Source of the DNA: Candidatus Dojkabacteria bacterium
Lineage (GTDB): Bacteria; Patescibacteriota; Dojkabacteria; SC72
DNA length: 48,588 bases
NCBI GenBank assembly: GCA_012842045.1
Contig: DUTP01000001.1
Location: forward strand, 94,534-143,121
Direction of reading: 5' to 3'
This document shows, in pieces, positions 36,220-44,830 of this stretch. The position numbers were made by a program, and so were the translations under genes. The notes beneath the pieces are model-generated. The model saw only the letters and a program-made list of their open reading frames with translations, made no database searches and was not told where the DNA came from. Position 1 is the first letter of the stretch, and each line of letters opens with the position of its first letter.

Positions 36220-36345
36220 GGGAGGGATTATATATCAAAAGTTTAAATATTACAAATATTTAATTGTATCTAATGTCTAAGATTGTAAGCAAAGGAAGTC
36301 TATAATTCTACAGAGACCTATCAAGCATGTAGTATTGATATTTCC

Positions 36346-36363
36346 GATACCCCTAGGGGTATC
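36346..36363. promoter_or_regulatory. Perfect 18-bp palindrome, candidate operator
   Basis: GATACCCCTAGGGGTATC in the divergent rpmB / protease intergenic region. Confidence 0.55.
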
Positions 36364-36411
36364 TGTTTCTAAGGAACACATATCCCCAATATCCAAGATA
36401 CTGTATAATGT

Positions 36412-37056
36412 ATGTATATGAACCTATTAAACCTCTTAACACCTCAAACAATATATTGGATACTCTTTGCAATACCTTCGATATTAATTGCTTCCACTGT
36501 TCATGAATATGCACATGCTTGGGCAGCAATGAAACTAGGTGATCCTACAGCAAAAGCGGCAGGCAGATTAACCTTAAACCCCCTATCACACATAGACCCT
36601 ATCGGTGCAATTTCTATGCTTATTTTCAGATTCGGTTGGAGCAAACCTGTGCCAATAAATGAGTATAACTTCGAAAGAAGGGAAAGAGACACAGCTCTTG
36701 TTTCCTTGGCAGGTCCAGTATCAAACATCCTACTATTACTACTAGCAGCTGGAATTAATATACTATTCAAACCAGATCCTTCATCCTGGGTATATACACT
36801 TCTTACATCCTTCGCAATGATTAATGGTGTCTTAGCAGTATTCAATCTAATACCAATACCTCCACTAGATGGCCACAAGATTGTTAGAGCTATAATCCCA
36901 AAGGGGAAACTAAGATATTACTGGGAAGCATTAGAAAGTTATTACTATATACCTCTCATCTTATTACTATTACCTATATTCCCATTCGGCTCAGTTGCTT
37001 CGGTTATAATAGGAAAAACATTAACAAAAGTTATGACACTACTAGGCTTTTTCTAA
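36412..37056 (+). CDS. Site-2 protease family (M50) protein
   Basis: HEYAH, GDPTAK..GRLTLNPL.HID, AGPVSN, NLIPIPPLDG. Confidence 0.93.
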   Translation: MYMNLLNLLTPQTIYWILFAIPSILIASTVHEYAHAWAAMKLGDPTAKAAGRLTLNPLSHIDPIGAISMLIFRFGWSKPVPINEYNFERRERDTALVSLAGPVSNILLLLLAAGINILFKPDPSSWVYTLLTSFAMINGVLAVFNLIPIPPLDGHKIVRAIIPKGKLRYYWEALESYYYIPLILLLLPIFPFGSVASVIIGKTLTKVMTLLGFF

Positions 37057-37288
37057 AATCTTTACTACAAGCCCTATCCTATTGGCAATCATTTTTTTCT
37101 CATGGGATAATATATTGCTCTAGAAGAATACAGGCGGTTTCATAGCTCCATAAAATAGAGCTAGGGATCCCAAATAGATATAATCACTCTGCTCCTTGGG
37201 GTAGAGTTGAGGGAACCCACCTTCTTAAAAGAGAGCTCTATGAATCTGCCTCCTTCTGGAGCATACATTTTTACTAAGGTTTTAAGAT

Positions 37289-38383
37289 ATGAGTAGTATC
37301 CCTGGATCCTCAACGGAAACAGAACTAGAAAACAACAATATCCATGAAATTGAAGGCGATAGTAAGGATAGTCAAGTAAAAGATGAAGCAGATCAGGTTT
37401 TTGATTTCTTAGAAAAGACCCGTTTCCTAGAATTAATAGAGAGTGACAGTGATAATTTTGACACATGGTTGCAAAACACACCCAATGAAAGACTATTGCG
37501 ATACACCACAATATTAAACAATGTACTCAGTGGAAAACATATTAGTAACAGAGATATAGCAAAAGAGGGTAACTATATCGGTTCGCTGGTAGGAGGAAAA
37601 CACTTCCTAGCTCCTGACACTGAAAGTAAACTCTCCCTTTTCAACAAATCCCTTGATACTATTAAAGCACTAGATAACAACCAAGACAGAGCCCTTCTAG
37701 CCTACTACACTCTCCAAAACCTTCACCTTTATACCGATGCTAATGGAAGAACAGGACGTTTACTATTCAGTTTACTTAACTCGGTAGGAAAAGGTCTAAA
37801 AGTTGAAGAAGTTAGAGATATTATAACTCACCAGAAAAGCGAAACTGCAGGCAGAGTCATTTTCAAAAACAAAGTTCTTCGTCCTCAGGATGTAAACCGC
37901 TTTGTTAACAAAGAATTGTTCAGGGAGTTGAGAGGTCATGAGATTGCCGAGAAATATAGACTTTTTACAGCTGGTATACATGCCGGCGATGTAAAACTAC
38001 CTGAGAAATATAGAAATCTTGTTCCTACAAGAAAACTAAAAAAAGTAGAGGATATCCTAGGAGAAAATCACACTCGAGACTTGGTCTTATTAGAGCTGAT
38101 TAATCGCTATCCAGATTTAGAGCAATTCGTAGTACTAAAAGAAGCTCGTGAATATATGGGGGTGGCGGTTGATCCATTATTAAAAATCAATGCTGACAAA
38201 CTAATAGAGAGCGATCTGTTAACCCGTGATAGGCTTGTCGAAATAACGGAGATTCACAAAGAGCTCAAGAAAAAACAAATAGCAAAACTCCTAGATATAT
38301 TCGAACACCCACAAAAGTACACTACTACAAATAAAAACGGAGAGGAAGTCCCCATCAAAGACCTATTCTTAATTAAAGATTAA
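37289..38383 (+). CDS. Fic-domain protein
   Basis: HLYTDANGRTGR matches the Fic motif HxFxDGNGRxxR. Confidence 0.82.
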   Translation: MSSIPGSSTETELENNNIHEIEGDSKDSQVKDEADQVFDFLEKTRFLELIESDSDNFDTWLQNTPNERLLRYTTILNNVLSGKHISNRDIAKEGNYIGSLVGGKHFLAPDTESKLSLFNKSLDTIKALDNNQDRALLAYYTLQNLHLYTDANGRTGRLLFSLLNSVGKGLKVEEVRDIITHQKSETAGRVIFKNKVLRPQDVNRFVNKELFRELRGHEIAEKYRLFTAGIHAGDVKLPEKYRNLVPTRKLKKVEDILGENHTRDLVLLELINRYPDLEQFVVLKEAREYMGVAVDPLLKINADKLIESDLLTRDRLVEITEIHKELKKKQIAKLLDIFEHPQKYTTTNKNGEEVPIKDLFLIKD

Positions 38384-38396
38384 AAATTCATTAACT

Positions 38397-38603
38397 GAGG
38401 TCTGACCTAGGCCTTACCTTAGTTAAGAAAATTTTAACACTGGCATTTTATGCTCTACACAAGGATCCCCAAGCCGCACCTCTAAAGAGTTACAGAAGTT
38501 ATGGCTTAGGAAACCACAAGGCACTTGTAAAAGACAAGTAGTAGAAAACCATCAGGAGATTATTAACAACATATGAACCAGGGACAGACCTAGGCCAGAC
38601 CTC
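38397..38603. repeat. REP-like doublets forming a 15-bp imperfect inverted repeat pair
   Basis: GAGGTCTGACCTAGG (38397-38411) versus CCTAGGCCAGACCTC (38589-38603), one mismatch. Confidence 0.55.
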
Positions 38604-38653
38604 TTATGTGGCATTGACTAGCATTTTAAGATATAATAGACTCCATAAGTTAA

Positions 38654-38730
38654 GCCCGAGTAGCTCAGTTGGTCAGAGCAGCTGTTTTGTAAACAGCAGG
38701 TCGAGAGTTCGAATCTCTCCTCTGGCTCCA
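38654..38730 (+). tRNA. tRNA-Thr (TGT)
   Basis: Cloverleaf, TAGCTCAGTTGG D-arm, TGT anticodon, GTTCGAA T-loop, encoded CCA. Confidence 0.95.
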
Positions 38731-38731
38731 T

Positions 38732-38814
38732 GCAGGAATGGCGGAGTGGTCAATCGCGGCAGACTGTAAATCTGCTCCCTTCGGGGTTCATTGGTTCAAA
38801 TCCAATTTCCTGCA
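38732..38814 (+). tRNA. tRNA-Tyr (GTA)
   Basis: GCAGGAA/TTCCTGC acceptor stem, GTA anticodon, long variable arm, CCA not encoded. Confidence 0.93.
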
Positions 38815-38856
38815 TATTTATTTTATCTTCATTCAAATCTTATGGAAGGAGAATAT

Positions 38857-39573
38857 ATGGGCGTAATCATTTTTATCCTCACAACAATCTTTAGTCTACT
38901 CTTCACAGCAGGAACAATATATTTGATTGTTTACTTAGTTAGGAACAAAGATAAAAAGATTAATTTAGGTGTCAATACCTTACTTCATATTTATCTCTAC
39001 ATCATCAGTTTTATAACTCTAGCAATTGCAACTATAGGTACAGTCGTCTTCATAAATGCAGCAGCTTCATACAAATTTGGAATACCCTTCTCATATCAAC
39101 TAGAAGAACCATATGCAGAAGTAAAAGATGAAATCGTTTACACACCAGATACTGAAAGTAATGCAGAACCATCCTGTTATCAAGGAGAATTAATGGAAAT
39201 AGAGGGAGAAGAAGTTTGTTTTGATACAACAAAACAGAAAAAAGGTTTAGTAAATGGAGCAACTCTAACAATATCAATGCTAATTCTTTTTGCAATTCAT
39301 AGAATCACCCTACTCTTCCTTGAAAAAAAGAACACTATCTCATGGTTGAAAAAGGCATACAACTTCATATCGTTAATTATATACAGTGTATTAAGTATAA
39401 TTAGCATTCCACTATCTATTTATCTTTTAGTCAACTACATCTACTTTAAACCCGAATATATTATTAGAATAGAAGCTCCAGGAAGTATGGTAGCACTAGC
39501 TATTGTCTCCATACCTCTTTGGATTACATTCTTAGTTTTAACTCTAAAGCTGAGAGAAAAGAAAGAGAAATAG
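38857..39573 (+). CDS. Multi-pass membrane protein (DUF5671-like)
   Basis: Five or six hydrophobic segments, IYLYIISFITL motif. Start moved to ATG 38857 (AAGGAG upstream) because the longer ORF overlaps tRNA-Tyr. Confidence 0.6.
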   Translation: MGVIIFILTTIFSLLFTAGTIYLIVYLVRNKDKKINLGVNTLLHIYLYIISFITLAIATIGTVVFINAAASYKFGIPFSYQLEEPYAEVKDEIVYTPDTESNAEPSCYQGELMEIEGEEVCFDTTKQKKGLVNGATLTISMLILFAIHRITLLFLEKKNTISWLKKAYNFISLIIYSVLSIISIPLSIYLLVNYIYFKPEYIIRIEAPGSMVALAIVSIPLWITFLVLTLKLREKKEK

Positions 39574-39574
39574 C

Positions 39575-39650
39575 GCTGAATTAGCTCAGTTGGTAGAGCA
39601 CATTCTTGGTAAGAATGAGGCCCCGAGTTCGATCCTCGGATTCAGCTCCA
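39575..39650 (+). tRNA. tRNA-Thr (GGT)
   Basis: GCTGAAT/ATTCAGC stem, GGT anticodon, encoded CCA. Confidence 0.95.
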
Positions 39651-39688
39651 TTGCCCCAATAACTTTTAAAAAACATTAAGGTTACATC

Positions 39689-40144
39689 ATGACAGAAAGA
39701 TATCAAAGTCAGAATGAAGTTGAATTACAAGACAATGAGAAGGGTTTGATAGAGGATAATATCGACCATTTAGATACAATCGTAATATCGTTATTTGATA
39801 ACCTAGATGAGCTTGACAGGGTTGAAAGACAAGTAGCTATATACAATGCAGACACTTGTACTCCTATAGGAATTCATTTAGGATATTCAATATGCGGTGA
39901 TCCAGAGATACAGACAGACCCTAAACATAACGAATTTGAACAGTTTTACAAATTAGTTATAGGTGATGAATTTGTAAAAATACACCTCAATAGAGATTAC
40001 AGCATACAAAAGATAATAACGAATATTGCAACTAACAAACCTTATGCTGTTGCTCATTGGTTGGATAGAGCATACAAAACATTTGACTATTTACTTAATG
40101 CCTCTGAGAATTTTTACTTAGAATGGGAACATTTTTCATTTTAA
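39689..40144 (+). CDS. Hypothetical protein
   Basis: 151-aa ORF with coding-like composition; no recognised motif. Confidence 0.6.
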   Translation: MTERYQSQNEVELQDNEKGLIEDNIDHLDTIVISLFDNLDELDRVERQVAIYNADTCTPIGIHLGYSICGDPEIQTDPKHNEFEQFYKLVIGDEFVKIHLNRDYSIQKIITNIATNKPYAVAHWLDRAYKTFDYLLNASENFYLEWEHFSF

Positions 40145-40205
40145 TAGTGTGTCTTCCCATGCTAATCTGATATCATAGGTTATTAATTTATTACTATATA
40201 TCAAA

Positions 40206-40799
40206 ATGATGAAAGAACCTGGTAGAATTCCTAGAGCTGCTTGGGGTAGAAAAGTAGACAATATATTAATGAATAGATGGGAGCCAGCAACACCACCCAT
40301 ACCCCTAGAAGTTACAAATCAAGAGACACTCCGAATAGTAAAACAAGAATTAGACTATGTATTTAACCTATATCCTGTCAAAAAAAGTATGGAATATGCA
40401 GATGAAGTTACTCTAATCCTTCAAAAAGGAGAGGAGAGTAAAAGGAATCTCCTACAAAATACCCCCAGAATTAGTATTGACAATATTCAAAGAAACAGCC
40501 AAGGAGATATTATCGAAAAGACATTAACATTCCGAAGAGATGCTAAGAACTGTCAATTTATCTTCTCAAAAACTCTTGAAGGAGAAGAAATAAGTATAGG
40601 AAAGAATAATTTAGATCAAGGGTACAATGAAGCTATACAAGGTTGGGTAGAGACAGGAATGAAGTTATTCAAAAACGCCATAGAACAGGATCACTACACT
40701 CCTACAACCAATGTAGAAATTACATATACAGATACCTCTACTCCAAATACCTCAACACCTTCAACAGTAGAAGATATAAAAGGTCCAATGGAAATCTAA
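40206..40799 (+). CDS. Hypothetical protein
   Basis: 197-aa ORF with Thr/Pro-rich tail; no recognised motif. Confidence 0.6.
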   Translation: MMKEPGRIPRAAWGRKVDNILMNRWEPATPPIPLEVTNQETLRIVKQELDYVFNLYPVKKSMEYADEVTLILQKGEESKRNLLQNTPRISIDNIQRNSQGDIIEKTLTFRRDAKNCQFIFSKTLEGEEISIGKNNLDQGYNEAIQGWVETGMKLFKNAIEQDHYTPTTNVEITYTDTSTPNTSTPSTVEDIKGPMEI

Positions 40800-40808
40800 G
40801 TAAAATAT

Positions 40809-40837
40809 TTGACCTCACCATCAATTTACAATATAAT
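40809..40837 (+). promoter_or_regulatory. Sigma70 promoter upstream of rpmG
   Basis: TTGACC-N17-TATAAT. Confidence 0.65.
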
Positions 40838-40886
40838 ACGCTAGTATTTCCCATAATAAATATTCTAATTTAGTTTCGTTCCGGGA

Positions 40887-41054
40887 ATGGCAAAAGTAAA
40901 AAGAGACATAATAGCCTTTAAATGTACAAAATGTGATAGTAAAAACTACACCGTATACAAGACTAGAAATGTTAAAGATAAAATCGAACTAAAGAAGTTC
41001 TGTAAGACTTGCAAAGGTCATACTGAACATAAGGAGACTAAAGTAAAACAGTAG
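40887..41054 (+). CDS. rpmG: 50S ribosomal protein bL33 (zinc-ribbon form; not in the ORF track)
   Basis: MAKVKRDIIAFKCTKCDSKNYTVYKTRNVKDKIELKKFCKTCKGHTEHKETKVKQ. Confidence 0.95.
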   Translation: MAKVKRDIIAFKCTKCDSKNYTVYKTRNVKDKIELKKFCKTCKGHTEHKETKVKQ

Positions 41055-41078
41055 TTTCTGTGTTGTTCTTACCAATAC

Positions 41079-41154
41079 GGGCCCATAGTTTCAATTGGTA
41101 AAACAGCGGTCTCCAAAACCGTAGTTCACCGTTCGAGTCGGTGTGGGCCTGCCA
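41079..41154 (+). tRNA. tRNA-Trp (CCA)
   Basis: Cloverleaf with CCA anticodon, between rpmG and secE. Confidence 0.95.
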
Positions 41155-41172
41155 AATTAAATAGAGAAGAAT

Positions 41173-41346
41173 ATGAAATTTTTAAAAAACATAATAGCTG
41201 AATTGAAAAAAAGTACATGGCCTTCCAAGAAGGATGTTCTTAACATGACAATCTATGTACTAATTATCAGCATACTCCTCTCTCTTACAATGGTTTTCCT
41301 AGACTTAGGATTAGCACATATAAGAGATTGGTTTCTTAAAATTTAA
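41173..41346 (+). CDS. secE: Preprotein translocase SecE (not in the ORF track)
   Basis: MKFLKNIIAELKKSTWPSKKD followed by one TM. Confidence 0.93.
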   Translation: MKFLKNIIAELKKSTWPSKKDVLNMTIYVLIISILLSLTMVFLDLGLAHIRDWFLKI

Positions 41347-41357
41347 TAAGATTGAAA

Positions 41358-41951
41358 ATGGCAGAGAAAAAGGTTGCAAAAAAGACAAAAGAAAAGAAGG
41401 ATGTCCAGACAGTAAAGAAGGACAATCCTAATGCAAAGTGGTATGTATTGAATATTAGAAATGGATATGAGAACAAGATTCAAAAAGAAATAAAACAGAG
41501 AGCTGAAGCCACAGGTATGGAAGATAAGATTACCGACATGCTTGTTCCTGTACAGAAAAAGATTTTCGTAAAGAAGGGAAAACAGGAGATAAAAGAAGAG
41601 AAGATATTCCCAGGTTACATCCTAATTAAAATGGAATTAGATAACAAAACATGGGATTTGGTACAAAACACTGACGGTGTAAGAGGTTTTGTAAAAACAG
41701 ATAGATATCCAAAGCCATTGGCAGAGAGTGAAGTAAAAGCAATTACCAAATTCATGGAAGTAGAACAACCATCATTCCAGACATCATTCAGTATTGGAGA
41801 AGCAGTTAAAATCACAGAAGGTGCATTTGCTGATTTCATAGGAAGTGTCCAAGAAATAGATACAGCTAAGGGTAAGATAAAAGTCCTCATCTCATTCTTA
41901 GGTAGAGAAGCTCCTGTAGATTTAGAGCTTTCTCAAGTAACAAAACTTTAG
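41358..41951 (+). CDS. nusG: Transcription factor NusG
   Basis: WYVL..GYENK, IFPGYILIKM, KOW GEAVKITEGAFADFIG. Confidence 0.97.
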   Translation: MAEKKVAKKTKEKKDVQTVKKDNPNAKWYVLNIRNGYENKIQKEIKQRAEATGMEDKITDMLVPVQKKIFVKKGKQEIKEEKIFPGYILIKMELDNKTWDLVQNTDGVRGFVKTDRYPKPLAESEVKAITKFMEVEQPSFQTSFSIGEAVKITEGAFADFIGSVQEIDTAKGKIKVLISFLGREAPVDLELSQVTKL

Positions 41952-41967
41952 TTAAATATATAAAAAT

Positions 41968-42396
41968 ATGGCAAAAGAGATTAAACAAATCATTAAAATC
42001 ACAATACCTGCAGGACAAGCATCTATGGCACCACCCATTGGTCCTACCCTAGCCCCTTACGGTATTAACACACAAGACTTCTGTACACAGTTTAATGAAA
42101 AAACAAAGGAAGCCAATGGTATTCTTACTCCAGTAGTTTTAACAATCTACGAAGATAGAACCTTCTCCTTCATCCTTAAAACTCCCCCTACTTCAGAACT
42201 AATCAGGAGAGAATTAAACATCAAAAAAGGATCAGGACAACCAAACTTAAAGAAAGTCGGCAAGTTAACAAAAGAACAGATCATGAAAATCGTTGATATT
42301 AAACTACCTGACCTTAATACATCAGACCCAGAACAAGCAGCAAAAATAGTTGCAGGTACTGCAAAACAAATGGGTATTGATACTGATATTAACTAA
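41968..42396 (+). CDS. rplK: 50S ribosomal protein uL11
   Basis: APPIGPTLAPYGIN, KTPPTS, GTAKQMG. Confidence 0.97.
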   Translation: MAKEIKQIIKITIPAGQASMAPPIGPTLAPYGINTQDFCTQFNEKTKEANGILTPVVLTIYEDRTFSFILKTPPTSELIRRELNIKKGSGQPNLKKVGKLTKEQIMKIVDIKLPDLNTSDPEQAAKIVAGTAKQMGIDTDIN

Positions 42397-42409
42397 ATAG
42401 AACAAATAT

Positions 42410-43090
42410 ATGAAAAGAGGAAAAAACTACAAAAAAATTGCAAAGGATTTAGATAGGACTGCTACATATACCTTAGAAGAGGGAGTAAAGAAAGCAAAAG
42501 AGCTCTCATACTCCAAGTTCACTGGTTCATTAGAACTCCATGTAGACCTAAAACTTCCTAAGGATAAAGATCCAAAGTCACTAAAGGGAGCAGTATCACT
42601 ACCATATTCCACAGATACTAAAGAAGTAAAGATTGCAGTATTCTGCACACCTAATAAAGAGGAAGAGGCAAAGAAAGCAGGAGCAGACATTGTCGGTTTG
42701 GACAACTTAATTAAGGATATTAAAGCAGGGAAGATTGATTTTGATGTAGCAATTGCAACACCTGATGTAATGCCAAAGATTGCTATATTAGGAAAAGAGT
42801 TAGGACCAAAAGGTCTTATGCCAAGCCCTAAGAATGGTACGGTCACCGATGATATCGCAGATGCAGTATCTGAATACAAAAAAGGAAAACAGACATTTAC
42901 ATGTGACCCATCTGGAGTTGTACATATGAATGTTGGCAAACTAGACTTAGAAGATAAGAAGCTAGTTGAAAATATTAACGCTGCATTACTAGCTATCTCA
43001 GAGGTTGTTGGAAGAACACCAGAGTTAATGATAAACAAGATGCACTTAGCTCCAACAATGGGACCAAGTGTAAAGATTAATTATAGTTAA
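42410..43090 (+). CDS. rplA: 50S ribosomal protein uL1
   Basis: LGPKGLMPSPKNGTV and TMGPSV. Confidence 0.97.
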   Translation: MKRGKNYKKIAKDLDRTATYTLEEGVKKAKELSYSKFTGSLELHVDLKLPKDKDPKSLKGAVSLPYSTDTKEVKIAVFCTPNKEEEAKKAGADIVGLDNLIKDIKAGKIDFDVAIATPDVMPKIAILGKELGPKGLMPSPKNGTVTDDIADAVSEYKKGKQTFTCDPSGVVHMNVGKLDLEDKKLVENINAALLAISEVVGRTPELMINKMHLAPTMGPSVKINYS

Positions 43091-43109
43091 TCACGGTAAC
43101 CTCTCAAGG

Positions 43110-43175
43110 TTTACCTTATACAGTACAGACTATAGTCGTTCTTTTACGATTAGTTAATACACTACAGGACAGAAG
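43110..43175 (+). ncRNA. Possible vestigial L10-leader-like RNA
   Basis: CAGACTATAG..hairpin..TTAA..CTACAGGAC pattern right after rplA resembles the L10 leader; recognised by eye only. Confidence 0.35.
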
Positions 43176-43189
43176 AATAGGTACAAAAC

Positions 43190-43453
43190 CTAACACTCAT
43201 AACGAGTCCACATCCGGTAAACGAAAACCTCATTCATTTTTCTATCAACAGAATATACTAATCTGTGCTGTATATTTATTCTTCTAGAATAATATCCTTC
43301 TAGCTCCCCTCTTAAGCTCTCATAACTAGGTGGAGTTTGAAATGGGTCCTCAGTTAACACTTTCAACAACCCCCTAGCCTTCTTTTCCAAACCTGCCTCT
43401 TTGAGTAACTTCCTGTCTTTCAATGCTTTCTTTGAAAGAAAAACCTTGTACAT
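43190..43453 (-). CDS. yoeB: YoeB/Txe-family mRNA interferase toxin
   Basis: DPFQTPPSYESLRGELEGYYSRRINIQHRLVY. Confidence 0.93.
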   Translation of the reverse strand: MYKVFLSKKALKDRKLLKEAGLEKKARGLLKVLTEDPFQTPPSYESLRGELEGYYSRRINIQHRLVYSVDRKMNEVFVYRMWTRYEC

Positions 43454-43707
43454 TACCACTCCTCCTCTTCCTTATACCCCTTCCATCCATCCTTCTTACC
43501 ACTCTTCATCTTCTTAACATCTTTTACAAAATTAGGTAAAGAAGTTAAAAACAGTGTTTCCTGAATATCTCTCCAATCTTGTTCTGATATTAAAACAGCA
43601 CTACCTCCCCTATTATTAACAATCGTTACTGGATTAAACCCATTATTCACTCCCTCTACTAAACCAAAAAGATCTTTTCTAGCTTGTGTAATATTAATTG
43701 TATTCAT
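43453..43707 (-). CDS. yefM: YefM/Phd-family antitoxin
   Basis: ITQARKDLF, AVLISEQDW..IQETLFL; TAATG overlap with the toxin. Confidence 0.92.
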   Translation of the reverse strand: MNTINITQARKDLFGLVEGVNNGFNPVTIVNNRGGSAVLISEQDWRDIQETLFLTSLPNFVKDVKKMKSGKKDGWKGYKEEEEW

Positions 43708-43730
43708 AACTTGTTTCCCTTAGTTTGCTG

Positions 43731-43764
43731 CGTACAGTATAACGTACACTCACTTAAATGTCAA
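43731..43764 (-). promoter_or_regulatory. TA operon promoter with autoregulatory-type repeats
   Basis: TTGACA-N17-TATACT, with two GTAC palindromes flanking the -10. Confidence 0.75.
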
Positions 43765-43837
43765 AAGAAATAGAAATTACAAATGGCTTTCTGTCTTACA
43801 TTTGACTACATATAGAAACCATATATAATAAAAAAGT

Positions 43838-44818
43838 ATGGTCATAGTAACAGGAGGATCTGGTCATGTAGGGAATGTATTAGTGAGAGCCCTACTCTCT
43901 AAAGGCTATAAGGTTGGAGTTATCGACCGAGATCCAAGAGACAAAGCCTTAAAAGGATTAGATATTGAATACCATCAGGGTGATATCAGAGACTTAGATT
44001 TCCTTACCAATATATTCAAAAAAGCAAAATATGTATGCCACCTAGCAGGAATCATATCAATAGCACCAGGAAAAGAAAAACTCATGTATGATGTTAATGT
44101 TGAAGGTACAAAAACTGTTATAGAAGCATGTAAAAAAGCAAAGGTAAAAAGACTACTCTACACAAGCTCTATACACGCACTCTACGAACCACCAAAGGGT
44201 ATCCCTATCATTGAAAAATTAGCTAAGATAACAGGTATAAAAGATGAATATGGAAAAACAAAAGTACTGGCGACCAGAGAGGTATTAGCAGCAGCAAAAG
44301 AAGGACTAAACACAGTTGTGGTCTACCCTACGGGAATTGCAGGACCATACGACTTTAGACACTCAGAATTTGGTAGTTTGATAAAAGATGCTAGAAAATA
44401 CTCAAAAGTATTCTATATAGAAGGAGGATATAATTTTGTAGATGTAAGAGATGTTGCAAATGGTATTATCCTTGCATTAGAAAAAGGAAGAACAGGAGAA
44501 GGTTACCTACTCGCAGGACAAAGTATAACCATCTTTGAACTCTTCCAACTATTAGCAAAGATAACAGATACACCTGGACCAAAAATAAAAGCTCCTACAT
44601 GTATAATTAAATTCCTTGCTCCAATTGCAGAATTCTTTTATAAATTATTAAAAAAGAAACCTGTATTTACAGAATATGCTATTGAGGTACTACACTCTAA
44701 CCACCTAACAGATAGTAGTAAAGCAGAGAAAGAGCTAGGATTTAAAGCTAGGGACATTCACAAGACAATACAAGACACTCTTGATTGGTATGAAGAAAAA
44801 GAAGTAGAAATTCAGTAA
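43838..44818 (+). CDS. NAD-dependent epimerase/dehydratase (extended SDR, dihydroflavonol-reductase-like)
   Basis: TGGSGHVG, YTSS, YGKTK, FVDVRDVA. Confidence 0.9.
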   Translation: MVIVTGGSGHVGNVLVRALLSKGYKVGVIDRDPRDKALKGLDIEYHQGDIRDLDFLTNIFKKAKYVCHLAGIISIAPGKEKLMYDVNVEGTKTVIEACKKAKVKRLLYTSSIHALYEPPKGIPIIEKLAKITGIKDEYGKTKVLATREVLAAAKEGLNTVVVYPTGIAGPYDFRHSEFGSLIKDARKYSKVFYIEGGYNFVDVRDVANGIILALEKGRTGEGYLLAGQSITIFELFQLLAKITDTPGPKIKAPTCIIKFLAPIAEFFYKLLKKKPVFTEYAIEVLHSNHLTDSSKAEKELGFKARDIHKTIQDTLDWYEEKEVEIQ

Positions 44819-44830
44819 AAATATTTAAAA

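Noticed and set aside
37080-37290. Minus-strand frame MYAPEGGRFIELSF... as a possible gene remnant
   Set aside because: Short, interrupted and not recognisable as any family.
38791-38856. N-terminal extension of the membrane-protein ORF
   Set aside because: It overlaps tRNA-Tyr; ATG 38857 has a proper RBS.
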